Source: Mobula hypostoma
Lineage: Eukaryota
Assembly: GCF_963921235.1 (NCBI RefSeq)
Contig: NC_086097.1
Span: forward strand, 212,786,001-212,850,000
Direction of reading: 5' to 3'
Length of the DNA: 64,000 bases
Translations under genes and position numbers: made by a program
The notes under the pieces: generated by a model
Told to the model about the DNA's origin: nothing
Databases searched by the model: none
What the model saw: only the letters and a program-made list of their open reading frames with translations
Shown here: in pieces, positions 13,254 to 26,420 of the stretch
Position numbering within the stretch: the first letter of the stretch is position 1
Layout: the number at the start of each line of letters is the position of its first letter

Positions 13254-14417
13254 AATTATCCACTTCAACAGATGTAAATTAATTGATTATTTGAGCACAT
13301 ACTTTTAAATCAATGGGGAAGTCTCTTGATTCATAAAAGGACAAGCATATAAAGCAGTCAATTTGGAACTAGATTTGTTATGTTGTATCTAAATTTCAAC
13401 CTCGTCCCTCCTCCACCACCTTATCTGTTCATGTTTTCCATCGCCTGGCAACCAGACTGTGACTGTTCAGCCATTGTAAATTATATTAATTATCAGTGAC
13501 TTGTGGTTTGTCCTTGTTTTATATATTGAAATGGAAACAAAATGAAGAACAAGCTCGTTTTGCAGCTTCTGCCCTAGGTTGTTTATAGGTTTAAAAAAAT
13601 CTGTACATTCTCACAGCCTTGCAAATTGTTGAAGAATATAGTTATGAGAACACGAGTTCCATATTTTACTTTACAACTTACCAGTGAATATAAAATTAAG
13701 AAACACCAATGACCTGGGACAAAGCAAGTGCAGCATCTCTTGCAGATTATGTTATTCTTTTATTGAGTGGATAATTGAATATAATTTTAGATTGATCATG
13801 AAATGCCCATGAAGGCCTTATCCTTGTCCCCATTTATTCAATTCTACAATCCTACCAAACATAACAGTCCAGAGTGACTGTTGCCTTCAGTAAATTAAGA
13901 ATATAGTTCCAACATAATCTTTATCTATTGGCGACAGAGTTGCAGTGTACCTAGTATCCACCAACTCCGAATTTCCAGCCCTTTGTTTGAAAAGTTCATA
14001 GAATCCATAGAGGCATACTGCACAGGAAGAGACCTTTGGCCCACTGTTTGTGCTGACCATCAAATACCCTTCCTGATTTCATTTCCAATCTCACTGTGCT
14101 GATTTTAAGATGATAACTCCTGCCCCCCCTTCAGCATTCTTCTTTTCGAAACAAAAAATGTTTCTCTAATTCCTACACAGTATCTCAAATGCACTGTTCT
14201 TACTTTTCTAAGATACGAGTGTGCTTAACACTAAAGCTAGTAAATGTTCTTGTCAAAGAAAATAAGGAACTTATTTAAGAGCAAGAGTACAACAGTTCTT
14301 TACTGTTGTGTACCCAGAGAGAAGGGCTGAACACAACTTGTATGATTCCCACAGCAGCCAGTCTTCAGCTTGGTGGCTGACAGTTTGCTGTGTAGCAGGT
14401 AGGGAGAGTCTGTTATC

Positions 14418-14550
14418 ACAAACAAGAGAAAATCTGCAGATGCTGGAAATCCGAGCAACACACACAAAATGCTGGAGGAACTCAGCAGGCCAGGCAGCTT
14501 CTGTGGAAAAGAGTACAGTCCACCTTTCTGACCGAAACCCTTCGGCAGGA
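14418..14550 (-). mobile_element. Penelope-like element terminal (pLTR) fragment
   Basis: Reverse complement matches the 3' end of the Penelope element at 17800-17902; degenerate hammerhead CTGCCGA..GAAA. Confidence 0.8.
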
Positions 14551-14785
14551 ATGACTCTTAAAGGCACATTTCACATGGCAGTCACTATGTCCTTTCTGAA
14601 GGAGCAGGCTTCAGGACAAAAGGGAGAAACCACAGGTTTATGGAAAGAAGCTGTTCAAGACCTCATTGCTGAGAAATATACCAGGAAAGAACTTCTGTAC
14701 ATTAGGCTGGGGCATTAGGAGACCACTCAATGTCTTTAGAGGAGCTTGACAAGAGTGGAGCCGTACTGTGAACAGTTTAAACCCC

Positions 14786-15315
14786 TCATCTTAGAAAAGA
14801 TGTGGTGCCATTGGAGAAGGTCCAGGGGTGGTTCACAAGGATGATTCCAGGAAAGAAAGCGTTATCATACGAGGACAGTTTGATGGCTCTGGGTCTGTAC
14901 GTGCTGGAATTCAGAAGGATGAGGGGGGATCTCATTGAAACCTTTCGAATGTTGAAAGGCCCAGACAGAGTCGATGTGGAAAGGATGTTTCCCATCGTGG
15001 GACAGTCTAGGGCAAGAGGGCACAGCCTCAGGATACATGGGCGCCCTTTCAAAACAGAGATGCAGAGAAATTTCTTTAGCCGAAGGGTGGTGAATTTGTG
15101 GAATTTGTTGCCACATGCAGCTGTGGAGGCCAGGTTGTTGGGTGTATTTAAGGCAGAGATTGGTAGGTTCTTGATTGGACATGGCATCAAAAGTTACGGG
15201 GAGAAGTCCAGGAACTGGGGTTGAGGAGGAGAAAAAGGAAGGATCAGCTATGATTGAATGGCCGAACAGACTCAATGGGCCAGATGGCCAAATTCTGTTC
15301 CTATGTCTTATGGGC
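14786..15315 (+). mobile_element. CR1 3' fragment
   Basis: ORF 14802-15224 LEKVQ..FTRMIPG..RRMRGDLIETF..VVNLWNLLP followed by 3' UTR and tail. Confidence 0.92.
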
Positions 15316-15420
15316 TACATAGTCTCCTCCAGCAGTGTGAATCCCTGCTCAATAAAGTAATATCACAAAAATTTTCTCAACCTTGCAAAGTATGCTGGGG
15401 TGAACAGGAAATAGTACCAC

Positions 15421-15630
15421 CCAACCCTCGATCCACCATCACCAAACCTTGATCCACCTTCCCCAGCCCTCAGTCTACCAAGTCCAACCCTCAATCCATC
15501 ATCCTGAACCTTTGACCTACCTTCCCTAACATTCAATCCACCTACCCCAACCCTCAATTGACAAGCCCTAACTCTTGATCCACCTCCTAAATTTTGATCC
15601 ACCACCTCCAACTCTCAAATCAACCCCAAC
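15421..15630. repeat. Degenerate 21-bp minisatellite, ~10 units
   Basis: Units CCAACCCTCGATCCACCATCA / CCAAACCTTGATCCACCTTCC / CCAGCCCTCAGTCTACCAAGT / CCAACCCTCAATCCATCATCC ... Confidence 0.8.
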
Positions 15631-16514
15631 AGTCAACTTCCTACTCTCAGTCATATCTTCAAGTGTATGATAATAAGACATATTACTTAATATCCTTTAA
15701 CTTATTCACTTAGGCTAGAATAGTGAGCGATAATAGGGAGGCCTCCTGTTCAGGAAGGAGGACCTCTCAAGAAATGATCCTCTTCCTCGATAGTAAAGGA
15801 ACCACAGAAGCACACTGAGATATTCAACCCATCAACTTGCCGCTGACACTTGACAATTTCAATCACGCACTTACTTTTTTTTACGGATGTCCATTAACTG
15901 GTCATCCCACTATCCATATTCGCTAGGGGTAATTTACCTGTTAACCTAACAACCTGCACATATATGCAATATGAAGAGAACCTGGCACAGTGGCAGGGGG
16001 AATGTTCCATTAATGAGCAGATCTGGACTCTTTGATGGAGCCCCTCAGGAGCATTAGCACAAGCACTGGCTGCCTGCACTATAAGGAAGCCAGCAGTCCT
16101 GGCAAATCCTAGTTCTGAGAAGGTATCCTCTCCTCAAAAAAACCATGGTAAACAAAGTTGTTTCTCCTAGACCTGGATGAAATCTCTGATACTGTACTAA
16201 GCCACAAACTGATAAATACCACAGAGATCAACAGTAGATGCCTGCCAACATCTAGAGGCCAGGGAGATCACCAGATGGGATGTTGCTCTGAATCTATGAG
16301 AAAATTGTTCTTTTGAGATGACCAGGTATGATTTATTTCTTCTAATGATTTTCTCTGTGTATAGAGATCTTTACTAGTGAGTATTGTGTAACTCCTGTTG
16401 CACAATCACCTAAGGCTCTTTGAATCTCCTATTGTACTACTCCAGAAACCTCTGATAATGAAGTCCTTTCTGTATTGTCACCAGTAAATCACAAATCACT
16501 TGGTTCATTTTTAC

Positions 16515-17902
16515 ACCTTTCTCCCTGTTCTTGATCTCTCTGGCTCCATCTCTGGAGAGAGTCTATCTACTGATATCTTCTATAAACCCACTGATTCTTT
16601 TGACTGTACCTCTTCCCACCCTGTCACTTGTAAAACTGCCACTCCCTTTTCTCAGTTTCTCCTTCTCAGCCATATCTGCTCTCAGGATGAGGCTTTTCAT
16701 TCCAGGACTAGGGAGGTGTCCTCTTTCTTCAAAGAAAGGGGCTTCCCTTCCTCCACCATCAACGCTGCCCTCACCTGCATTTCTTCCATATTGCACACAT
16801 CTGCCCTCTGCCACACCAGGGATAAGTTTCCTCTTGTCCTCACCTACCACCCCACAAGCCTCTGCATCCAGCATGTAATTCTCCATAACTTCTGCCATCT
16901 CCAACGGGATCCCACATCAAATACACCTTTCCCTCTCCCTCACTTTCAGCTTTCTGCAGGGATCGCTCCCTGAGCAATTCCCTATCCATTCGTCCCTCCC
17001 CACTGATCTCCCTCTTGGCACTTAAGCTTGCAAGCAGAACAAGTGTCACTCATGCCCCCTATACCTCCTCCCTCACTACTATTCAGAGCCCCATACAGTC
17101 TTTCCAGGTGAGGCAACGCTTCCTCTGTGAGTCTGTTGGGATCATCTACTGTATCTGGTGCTCCCAGTGTGGCCCCCTGTATATCGGTGAGATCCCAGGT
17201 AGATTGGGACACCGCTGTGTCAGGCCACCAATTTCAATTCTACTTCCCATTCCCATTCTGACATGTCAGTCCATGGCCTCCTCTACTGTTACAATGAGGC
17301 CGCACTCAGGTTGGAGGAACAACACCTTATATTCTTTCTAGGAAGCCTAGATCCTGATGACATGAGCATCAATTTCTCAAATTTCCTGTGATTGCTGCCC
17401 CCTCCTTCAGCACTCCCCATTCTTCATTCCCTTTCACACCTTTTCTTCTTACCTGCCTATCACCTCCCTCTGGTGCTCCTCCTCCTTCCCTTTCTTCCAT
17501 GGTCTTCTGTCCTCTCCTATCAGATTCCCCTTTCACCAGCCCTTTATCTCTTTCACCAATCAACTTTCCAGCTCTTTACTTCAACCCCTCCCAGTTTCAC
17601 CTATCACCTACAGGAGAAAATCTGCAGAATGCCAGAAATCTGAACAACACACACAAAATGCTGGAGGAACTCTGCAGGGCAGGCAGCTTCTAGGAAAAGA
17701 GTACGGTTGACGTTTTGGCCCAAAAATCTATCACCTGCCACCTTGTACTTCTTCCTCCTCTTGCCCCACCTTCTCATTCTGACTTCTTCCCCCATCCTTT
17801 TCAGTCCTGATGAACGGTCTCAGCTTGAAATGTCAACTGTTTACTCTTTTCCATAGATGCTACCTGGCCTTCTGAGTTTCTCCAGCATTTTGTATGTGTT
17901 GC
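16515..17902 (+). mobile_element. Penelope-like element (RT C-terminus, GIY-YIG endonuclease, pLTR), frameshifted
   Basis: LDLS..ISGESLSTDIFYKPTDS (ORF 16500-16973); GIIYCIWCSQCGPLYIGE GIY-YIG motif (ORF 17015-17341); pyrimidine-rich tract and hammerhead-bearing terminus. Confidence 0.92.
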
Positions 17903-19065
17903 CACCAGTAAATACCCATTGAATGAAAATCCTGGCAACCAGTTTGTTGCAATAAACACCTCCTGATAGCTTGATTAAACTCCGCAGATTTAGGGAGGGA
18001 GTTGAGCAATCTGCACTCTATTTTGAAGCTGCCTTGTGATATATCCCATTGTCAACAGTGTGTACCTTTAAAATATGAATAATTCAGGATTGCAGCATGT
18101 TGTGCTCCCAGTGTTCCTAAGACTGTTTCAAGAGAGACTCTTTTAGATCTTTGAACAGCAATTTATATTGCTAGAACTGAAATGTGTATTGCATGTTATT
18201 TGTGTCATTAGGTGTGCATCTGACTCTGGGAAGACAAGGTGAATTAACAGAGATTGTGACCACAAATGCCCAGTTCAATTTCAGCTTGGAGCACCTTCAC
18301 TTGAAAATGATCACCAGAGCAACCTATTGAAGTTGAAGTCAATGTAAGATCATGTAGCAAAAAACAAGATACACAATCCTTTTTTTTTGGCATTTAAGCT
18401 TCAAATGTGTGATTAGCTAAACTATTCTGCTAATTCTACCCTCAATTAATCTGATTCATCTCCAATTCCTCAGCAGAATTTACCTTTCTTGAGATTTTAC
18501 TGTATGTCAAGGTTCAATTTAGCTTTGTAGATAGGATTTATGATACATTAATTTCACAATTTGTTACCAAATTTCCTTTGCTCTTCCATGCTCATTGCCT
18601 CTTGCCATAATGGATAAACTGGATAGACATCTAATGTCTATCCAATTAAATTTATATCTTTGTAACTTCCTAAATCCTTCTACATAATGTACAGCTTTAC
18701 TAAACTTGGATAAATGACTATTTATTCATCCAGGTTATTGATTTTTATGATAAGAGACTGCGGCCCTCTTACAAATCTGGAGAACATCGTTGATTACATG
18801 CCGCCAGCTCTGGATTCCAAGAGTATATGGGATTTATGAGAAATCGCTGTTACTTTTCAAAGACTCCAACAAAACATTTAATCCAGAACTTCCTGAAAAC
18901 CTAATTGGCAACAGAAAACAAATAGAAGACCAGAAATCCTGAGCTGCAGCAAAGAACCACATGACAGTTACTTGTCACCACCCAGGTTTGCTGGCAAAAA
19001 GTATGTAAATTTGTTAAAGAGGGTGAGCTGGAAGATCCAACTGTTTTCCTGGGTGACAACAAAGA

Positions 19066-19517
19066 ATAGCTACGGTGCCTAAGTCTTTTGCACAGGACTG
19101 CCTCAAATAAAAACAAACAAATTTCATGACCTATGTGAATGAATAATAAACGTGATTCTGATATGGGTCTCTTTTGTGGACTGAGAGTGGGAAGGGGACA
19201 GGGAGAGGGAATCATGTTGGGAAAAGGGAAAGGTAGAGGGACGAGTGCAGGAAGCATAAGAGAGACATTCTGTAATGATAATAAGCCAATCGTTTGGAAT
19301 CAAATGATCTTGCCTGGTGTCTCAGGGCTAGTTGAGTCTGCACCTGCGCCAGCCCCCACCCTTGACACTCCATTACTGCCATCTGTCCCACACCCCTCCC
19401 GCAGCACTCCACCCTCACCATTCTCAAAATCCTTTGCCCCCGCCAGATTTACAAACCCATTCTCCACTCCAGTTGAGAAATACAATACTGTACAAAAGTC
19501 TTAGGCACGCTAGCTAT
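19066..19517. mobile_element. Composite repeat bracketed by ~35-bp inverted repeats resembling Tc1 TIRs
   Basis: GTGCCTAAGTCTTTTGCACAGGACTG 19075-19100 vs CAATACTGTACAAAAGTCTTAGGCAC 19483-19508 (22/26 complementary), extending to ATAGCTA/TAGCTAT. Confidence 0.55.
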
Positions 19518-20999
19518 ATTTATGTGCCAGTATTGTGGGTTCCAACACCACCCAAAGTACATAATCTAAACTTGGATAGCACAAAGAGATTGTTTCACTG
19601 TTAGGAGTGTGCTTCTTTGGACGATTTGTTAAACTGAGGTACAATCTGCCTTCTAAAGTGGACATAAAAAAATCTCATGGGATTATATGAAGAAGCCAGA
19701 GAGACTGTTCCGTTTTCCTGACCAAGATTTATCTCTATATCAACCATTCCAAAATAAGCTATTTATCTTCATTGTGGTTTCTTTCAGGGCACAAATTGGA
19801 CACCAAGTTTATCTACATTTAAACAGTGACTACTTTTATTAAAGCTGATATTGCCTCAGCAATGTTGTTATTAGGTATATTTATAATAAACATGCTTCCA
19901 TGCTCGGATGGAATTTCTCTGTGTGCTATATGATTTAATTTCCTGTGTATGGGGTTTTTAATGCACTGTTAATGCCTTTAGTGGAGGGTTTTGCTTACAC
20001 TATTTTAAAGCAGCTATTAACATAAATGAGTACTGTAAAATGGGCTGTTAATATAATGCAGACAGGAAATTAACAAAAATATTTAGTTATTTTACCATCT
20101 ACCAAATTATATCCATTCTTTTTTTATTCCATAAGTAGATTTCATTTGATAATACAATATATTTTATTTTCTAGCTTTAATTCCTCCAAGCATCAATTCT
20201 TGATTTCAGCTAGCTATTATCCTGCTGACATCTCTTTGTTTTTAGTAAAACAAAATCAGTCATGCACATGAAAATTAAATAGTATCTGAGGATATTGTAT
20301 TATTGAATTCTGATTCTAATTGAATAGTTTTAACAGCTCACCTTAACATGAGTCTAAGATTTAAAAACTGACATTTACCTTCTTCCTAAACTCCTTTCCA
20401 GCAAAATGGTTAAATGATATCCCACATTGTGAAGTTATTAAAATTAGACACCTTTACTGCAAATATCACACTCGTACGATTCTTTAACTTGTTATTAGCT
20501 GGTAGTAAAGGGATATTTATCATTGATGTAATTTCTAGTTAGCAAAAGACAATAAAATTTTCTTGAGCTAAAATGCAAAAAAAGGTAAAATATAAAATGT
20601 ATTCTTTGAGAATAATAAAAATCTCGTAAAGTCCGGACAATAAAATAACAGTCCTACTTAACAGCAGATTATCTGCTTTTGGCATTTAAACCACCAGCTT
20701 TTTCCCCTACCCCCAACTGCTTTAGGGTTATTCTAGTAATCTTACAGACCTTTGGAGTAATAATATTCTCTTTGAAATGAGAGTGCTTAATGTTCTTATG
20801 GAGAGAGAGAGATATTTAAACTGCCTGACCAAAAACGTTAACTAAAGGCCTCCCTCTTTAATCTTTTCTTTTGGGATTTTATGATACAAAATAGGCTCTT
20901 TGAAAATAAAAAATAAACAATGATAGCACGTGGGAAGAATGATAAAAGCTGACTTAGTTTTGGGGTCTAAATTTTTTCAACCAGAAAAACAGGTAAGAT

Positions 21000-21049
21000 A
21001 TACAATAAACAATATACAATATGCAATATACAATATACAATATACAATA
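21000..21049. repeat. (ATACAAT)n heptamer tandem repeat, ~7 copies
   Basis: ATACAATAAACAATATACAATATGCAATATACAATATACAATATACAAT. Confidence 0.9.
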
Positions 21050-22169
21050 GTTTAGTGCACTCCAATAACATGACAGAATAGAGAGTGGGTCAACGACAAA
21101 ATCAAACGTTTCCATTGTCTCATCTTCCTAATTCAGGTGTGTGGCATCACTCTGGTTAGGAGGTTCTAGACCAGGAAATATAATTTTAAAACCTTATTTC
21201 GAAAATAACTTCAATTTTGAAATGAAGCTATGTTCAGATTAAATAGCCTCAGTCTTGATTAATTTGGCTGTTTCCGCGTACCAGTGCAAATTAGATGCAG
21301 ATTTCCATTCATTCTGAATTAGATATTATAAATGGGGTCACAATCACCCATATGCTGAGCATATAATGGAAAGTTAAGGATTCCTAAAATTATGAATGCC
21401 ACATTCAAAGGCTTTTCCCAAAGGATTTGAACCAGTCAGACCTGGCTTAAAGCGCTACAGCATTTCAGCTCTCTGCTGCTGACTTAAAGGGTGAGAGGAG
21501 CAGGAGAGCAGGAGATCAGGTTCACCTGAGTCTGACAGGTAGCCATCGTGTCATTCTACATTTCCCTGAAGTTGCGTGGAAGTCCATGGTCAACTAAACC
21601 CTAACTGTTTAACTGCTGGCTGTTAGTTAGCTCATAAAAATATACTAAAATTAATTATTTCAGTGTGTGCAATTATTAAACAATTTTAAAACATAGAAGT
21701 TTAAATTCTTAAAAATGCAAGTTATAAATATTTATATATGTATAAATGTATTTCATTTGAATGAAATTTTAAAATTATCTTGCATTCTTGGCAGTCTTTT
21801 ACCTAAGTCTCTTATATGAAGTAGATGGGCTCACTGGACGGGATGAAGGAGTGGATTTCCCAGATTTGCAAAATCTGTGGAGAATTGCAAAATATCCTTA
21901 CAGATGCAGAGGCAGAATATAATTGACGTAAGAGCAGCAATCAACTGAGTGAAATTTCCAGATATCTACCTTCACTTGGAAATCCAGAATTTCAGCACAG
22001 TTAGTCTGGTAAAACCAAACAGCTTCAGGCCAATCTACTGACTTTTGCTGGCCATTAGCTTCGACAAACAACTTTCAATTACCATCAACACCTTTAAACT
22101 GTACTTCATGGAAATGCTGGATTTAAGATGTTTACGCACACTGCTACCTTTCAGAATGGATAATTATGT

Positions 22170-22322
22170 ATGAAGTAGAGAAATTTAAGAAACTACTAGA
22201 CAGGTTCATGGAGGAATTTAAGGTGGGGGCTTATATAGGAGGCAGGGTTTGAGGGTTGGCACAACATTGTGGGCCGAAGGGCCTGTACTGTGCTGTACTA
22301 TTCTATGTTCTATGTTCTATGT
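22170..22322 (+). mobile_element. Short CR1 3' end
   Basis: TTTAAGAAACTACTAGACAGG..GGGCCGAAGGGCCTGTACTGTGCTGTAC followed by (TTCTATG)3. Confidence 0.85.
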
Positions 22323-23964
22323 AATATGGATCTTATTACTGATATGAATAATGATCTTCAGGCCAGAAAGAGAACAGTGCAATGTTATTATATTTCTGCT
22401 AAGGAGAATATTTGAAATAATTTCTTACTCTTCTATTTGTATTGTGTTTTCTTTCTTAATCAAAAATCTTGCTCCCTATTCTGCATTTTTTTTAATTCAA
22501 TATCTGATCTGATTTTAATCCCCTCCACTTCATCCTCAACTATACATTTTTCTCACCCCACTATTAAATTTCCTAAGTTAAGGAGGTAACCCATTTGACC
22601 CGAGGTTACTGAAGGATTAAATGTCTTGGTGACATCCTTTGCTCTCATTAGTTTATCATAAAGTGCAAGAAAATACAACCACAAGTGGCGAGGAAAAACG
22701 TTCAGCTCTCTGCATTCATCAAGTGTTAATCTTCTCCAGCAATTTCAGGGCAATATGTCTTTGAGAAACAGTACATGAATATGTTAATTAAGGTGAATGC
22801 TTTTGGATTGAATCAAATTAATAAACACTGTTAAAGAATAATTAAATTATCAAGGGATAAAGATCATTCTTTTTTATCAAGTAAATGCCAGGACACAGAT
22901 GATATAAAATCATCTCATTTTTCCACCCAGCTGCTGAGAATCCAAAATATACTGCTTCTGTCCATTTTCACTGATTTTTTCTGCTTCAGGCCAGCTATAA
23001 GTTCCAATGGCAGATCAATATAAATCTACTCCCCAACAAGAGGCATTAATAAATGGATAAAGATATCAACGTGCAGGTGAAAGTATTTTAGATTTACAAC
23101 CATGGCTTAAGCCTTGAAGACTATGATCCTCGGACTACTAATTAGGATCTGAATTATTAGGGTTGTAATCACTTTGAATATTTTGTGATCGGGTGTTTTA
23201 AAATAATTTTGCCTGAAAATTGATTTCCTTAATAAACACTGTTAAATCTGATTCTACACCTGCATCCACAGAATCTCTTGTGTATAAGATACGGCTTTGT
23301 TTAGCATGAGCACCCAAATGAGCATCCTGCAAGAAAGTTGTAAGATTGGCCAAGGTCCCCTTGATCGAGCGACAGCGTAGCATTCTTCACGTAATGCAAA
23401 ACTATTTGAATATTGAGGGAGAGGAAACATTCCTGTCCATTAACAGGTCAGGGTTATTAAGGAGAAGTTTCTCCTTATCTCCATTGCAGATGCTGGAGGA
23501 GCTCAGAAGTTGGGCAGCATCTATGGATGGAAATGGACAGCTGACATTATGGATCAACACCCATCGTCTGGAGCGTTTTAAAGTCTGCCTGCATTCACGT
23601 GCAGCCACCAGTATTGGAAGTTCCCAGTTCCTGAGATTTTCATTGAAATCAAAGCTGAAGAAATCCTTCAGTTATGAATAAAAGTGGAGATCTGTGGTGA
23701 GGAAGGTCAAAGCGAGCTAGATCTCGACTTCCACAGGCAATGTCATCCAGGCACGAGAACACAGCTGGAGCACATTGTCTCATTTTGCAGCAATAGCTGC
23801 CTTTGGTAGCCTGAACCTATGAATACATTGTTCTTCAAAGAAACCTTCATAACCCCTTGCTTGATCAGTGAAGAGCATCTCAGCAGCTAATGCTTGAAAA
23901 CACACTGCTTGATTGACGCAGCACCCTTATTGACTTCGGACTAACCTGCAATTACTTCTAATGA

Positions 23965-26420
23965 ATCGGAATCAGAATCAAGTTTATTATCACCGGCATG
24001 TGACATGAAATTTATTAACTCAGCAGCAGCAGTTCAATGTGATACATAATCTAGCAGAGAGAGAGAAAAAAATAATAATAATAAATAAAACAAAACATAA
24101 AAATAAATAAACAAGTACATCAATTGTGCATACTGAATAAATTTTAAAAATGTGCAAAAACAGAAATATTGTATATTAAAAAATGTGAGGTAGTGTCCAA
24201 AGCTTCAATGTCCGTTCAGGAATCAGATGGCAGAAGGAAAGAAGCTATTCCTGAATCACTGAGTGTGTGCCTTCAGGCTTCTGTATCTGCTACCTGACGG
24301 TAACAGTGAGAAAAGGGCATGCCCTGGGTGCGGACGCTGCCTTTCTGAGACACTGCTCCCTAAAGATGTCCTGGGTACTTTGTAGGCTAGTGCCCAAGAT
24401 AGATCTGACTAGATTTACAACCTCCTGCAGCTTCTTTCAGTCCTGTGCAGACAGCCTGGATTGGAGCCTGTCAGAATGCTCTCCATGGTACAACTATAGA
24501 AGTTTCTGAGTGTATTTGTTGACATGCCAAATCTCTTCAAACTCCTAATAAAGTATAGCCGCTGTTTTGCCTTCTTTATGACTGCATCGTTATGTTGGGA
24601 CCAAGTTCGATCCTCAGAGATCTTGAAACTGCTGGTGGTGCAGCGGCTAACGGACTGCTACAGAGCCAACAACCTGTCTCTGAATGGGAACAAAACAAAA
24701 GAGATAGTTGTTGACTTCAGGAGAGCACGGAGCGGCCACTCTCCGCTGAACATCGACGACTCCTCCATAGAGATTGTTAAGAGCACCAAATTTCTTGGTG
24801 TTCACTTGGCGGAGAATCTCACCTGGTCTCTCAACACCATCTCCATAGCAAAGAAAGCCCAGCAGCGTCTCTACTTTCTGCGAAGGCTGAGAAAAGTCCA
24901 TCTCCCACCCCCATCCTCACCACATTCTACAGAGGTTGTATTGAGAGCATCCTGAGCAGCTGCATCACTGCCTGGTTCGGAAATTGCACCATCTCAGATC
25001 GCAAGACCCTACAGCAGATAGTGAGGTCAGCTGGGAAGATCATTGGGGTTTCTCTTCCCGCCATTACAGATATTTACACTACACGCTGCATCCGTAAAGC
25101 AAACAGCATTATGAAGAACCCCACGCACGCCTCATACAAACTCCTCTCCCTCCTGCCATCTGGCAAAAGGCACCGAAGCATTCGGGCTCTCACGACCAGA
25201 CTATGTAACAGTTTCTTCCCCCAAGCCATCAGACTCCTCAATACCCAGAGCCTGGACTGACACCAACCTACTGCCCTCTACTGTGCCTATTGTCTTGTTT
25301 ATCATTTATTGTAATACCTGCACTGTTTTGTACACTTTATGCAGTTCTTGTTAGGTCTGTAGTCTAGTGTAGTTTTGTGTTGTTTTGCGTAGTTCAGTGT
25401 AGTTTTTGTATTGTTTCATGTAGCACCATGGTCCTGAAAAACATTGTCTCGTTTTTACTGTGTACTGTACCAGCAGTTATGGTTGTAACGACAATAAAAA
25501 GTGACTTGTCTTGACTTGACTCTCCTCTGCTGATCCCTCTATGAGGATTGGTATGTGTTCTTTCATCTTACCCTTCCTGAAGTCCACAATCAGCTCTTTC
25601 ATCTTACTGACACTGAGTGCCAGATTGTTGCTGCGGCTCCCCTCCACTAGTTGGCATATCTCACTCGTGTACGCCCTCTCGTCACCACCTGAGGTTCTAC
25701 CAACGATGGTTGTATCATCAGCAAATTTATAGATGTTGTTTTAGCTATGCCTAGCCACACAGTCATGTGTATTCAGAGAGTAGAGCAGTGGGCTAAGCAC
25801 ACACCCCTGAGGTGTGCCAGCGTTGATCATCAACGAGGAGGATATATTATCACCCATCTGCACAGACTGTAGTCTTCCAGTTAGGAAGTCGAGGATCCAT
25901 TTACAAAGGGAGGTACAGAGACCCAGGTTCTTCAACTTCTCAATCGGGATGGTGGGAATGATGGTATTAAATGCTGAGCTATAGTCGATGAACAGCATCC
26001 TGACGTAGGTGTTTGTGTTGTCTAGGTGGTCTAAAGCCGTGTGGAGAGCCATGGAGATTGCATCTGCCATTAACCTATTGTGGCGATAGGCAAATTGCAA
26101 TGGGTCCGGGTCTTTTGCTGAGGCAGGAATTCAGTCTGTTATAACCAGCCTCTCAAAGCATTTCATCACTGTCGATGTGAGTGCTACCGGGCGATAGTCA
26201 TTAAGGCAGCCCACATTATTCTTCTTAGGCATTGGTATAATTGTTGCCTTTTTGAAGCAAGTGGGAACTTCTGCCCGTAGCAGTAAGAGGTTAAAAATGT
26301 CCTTGAATACTCCCGCTAGTTGGTTGGCACAGATTTTCAGAGCCTTACCAGGTACTCCATTGGGACTTTCTTCATGCAAGGGTTCACTCTCTTTAAAGAC
26401 AGTCCAGTCATCTCCAGGGT
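23965..26420 (-). mobile_element. Rex1/Babar LINE (RT to 3' UTR), interrupted by another Rex1
   Basis: Minus ORFs 26131-26379 ([35 protein letters not shown]) and 25741-26100 ([33 protein letters not shown]); (CTGATT)n tail at ~23965-23980. Confidence 0.92.
24634..25520 (+). mobile_element. Rex1/Babar 3' fragment nested antisense in Rex1
   Basis: NNLSLN..KTKEIVVDFRR..KFLGVHL..KKAQQRLYFLRRLRK; ..TTRLCNSFFPQAIRLLN; AATAAA followed by (GACTT)n tail. Confidence 0.92.

Noticed and set aside
15421..15630. CRISPR-like array
   Set aside because: Contiguous degenerate units with no unique spacers, no cas genes, eukaryotic context
21825..21926. Short ORF MGSLDGMKEWISQICKICGELQNILTDAEAEYN
   Set aside because: 33 codons, within chance expectation, no homology recognised
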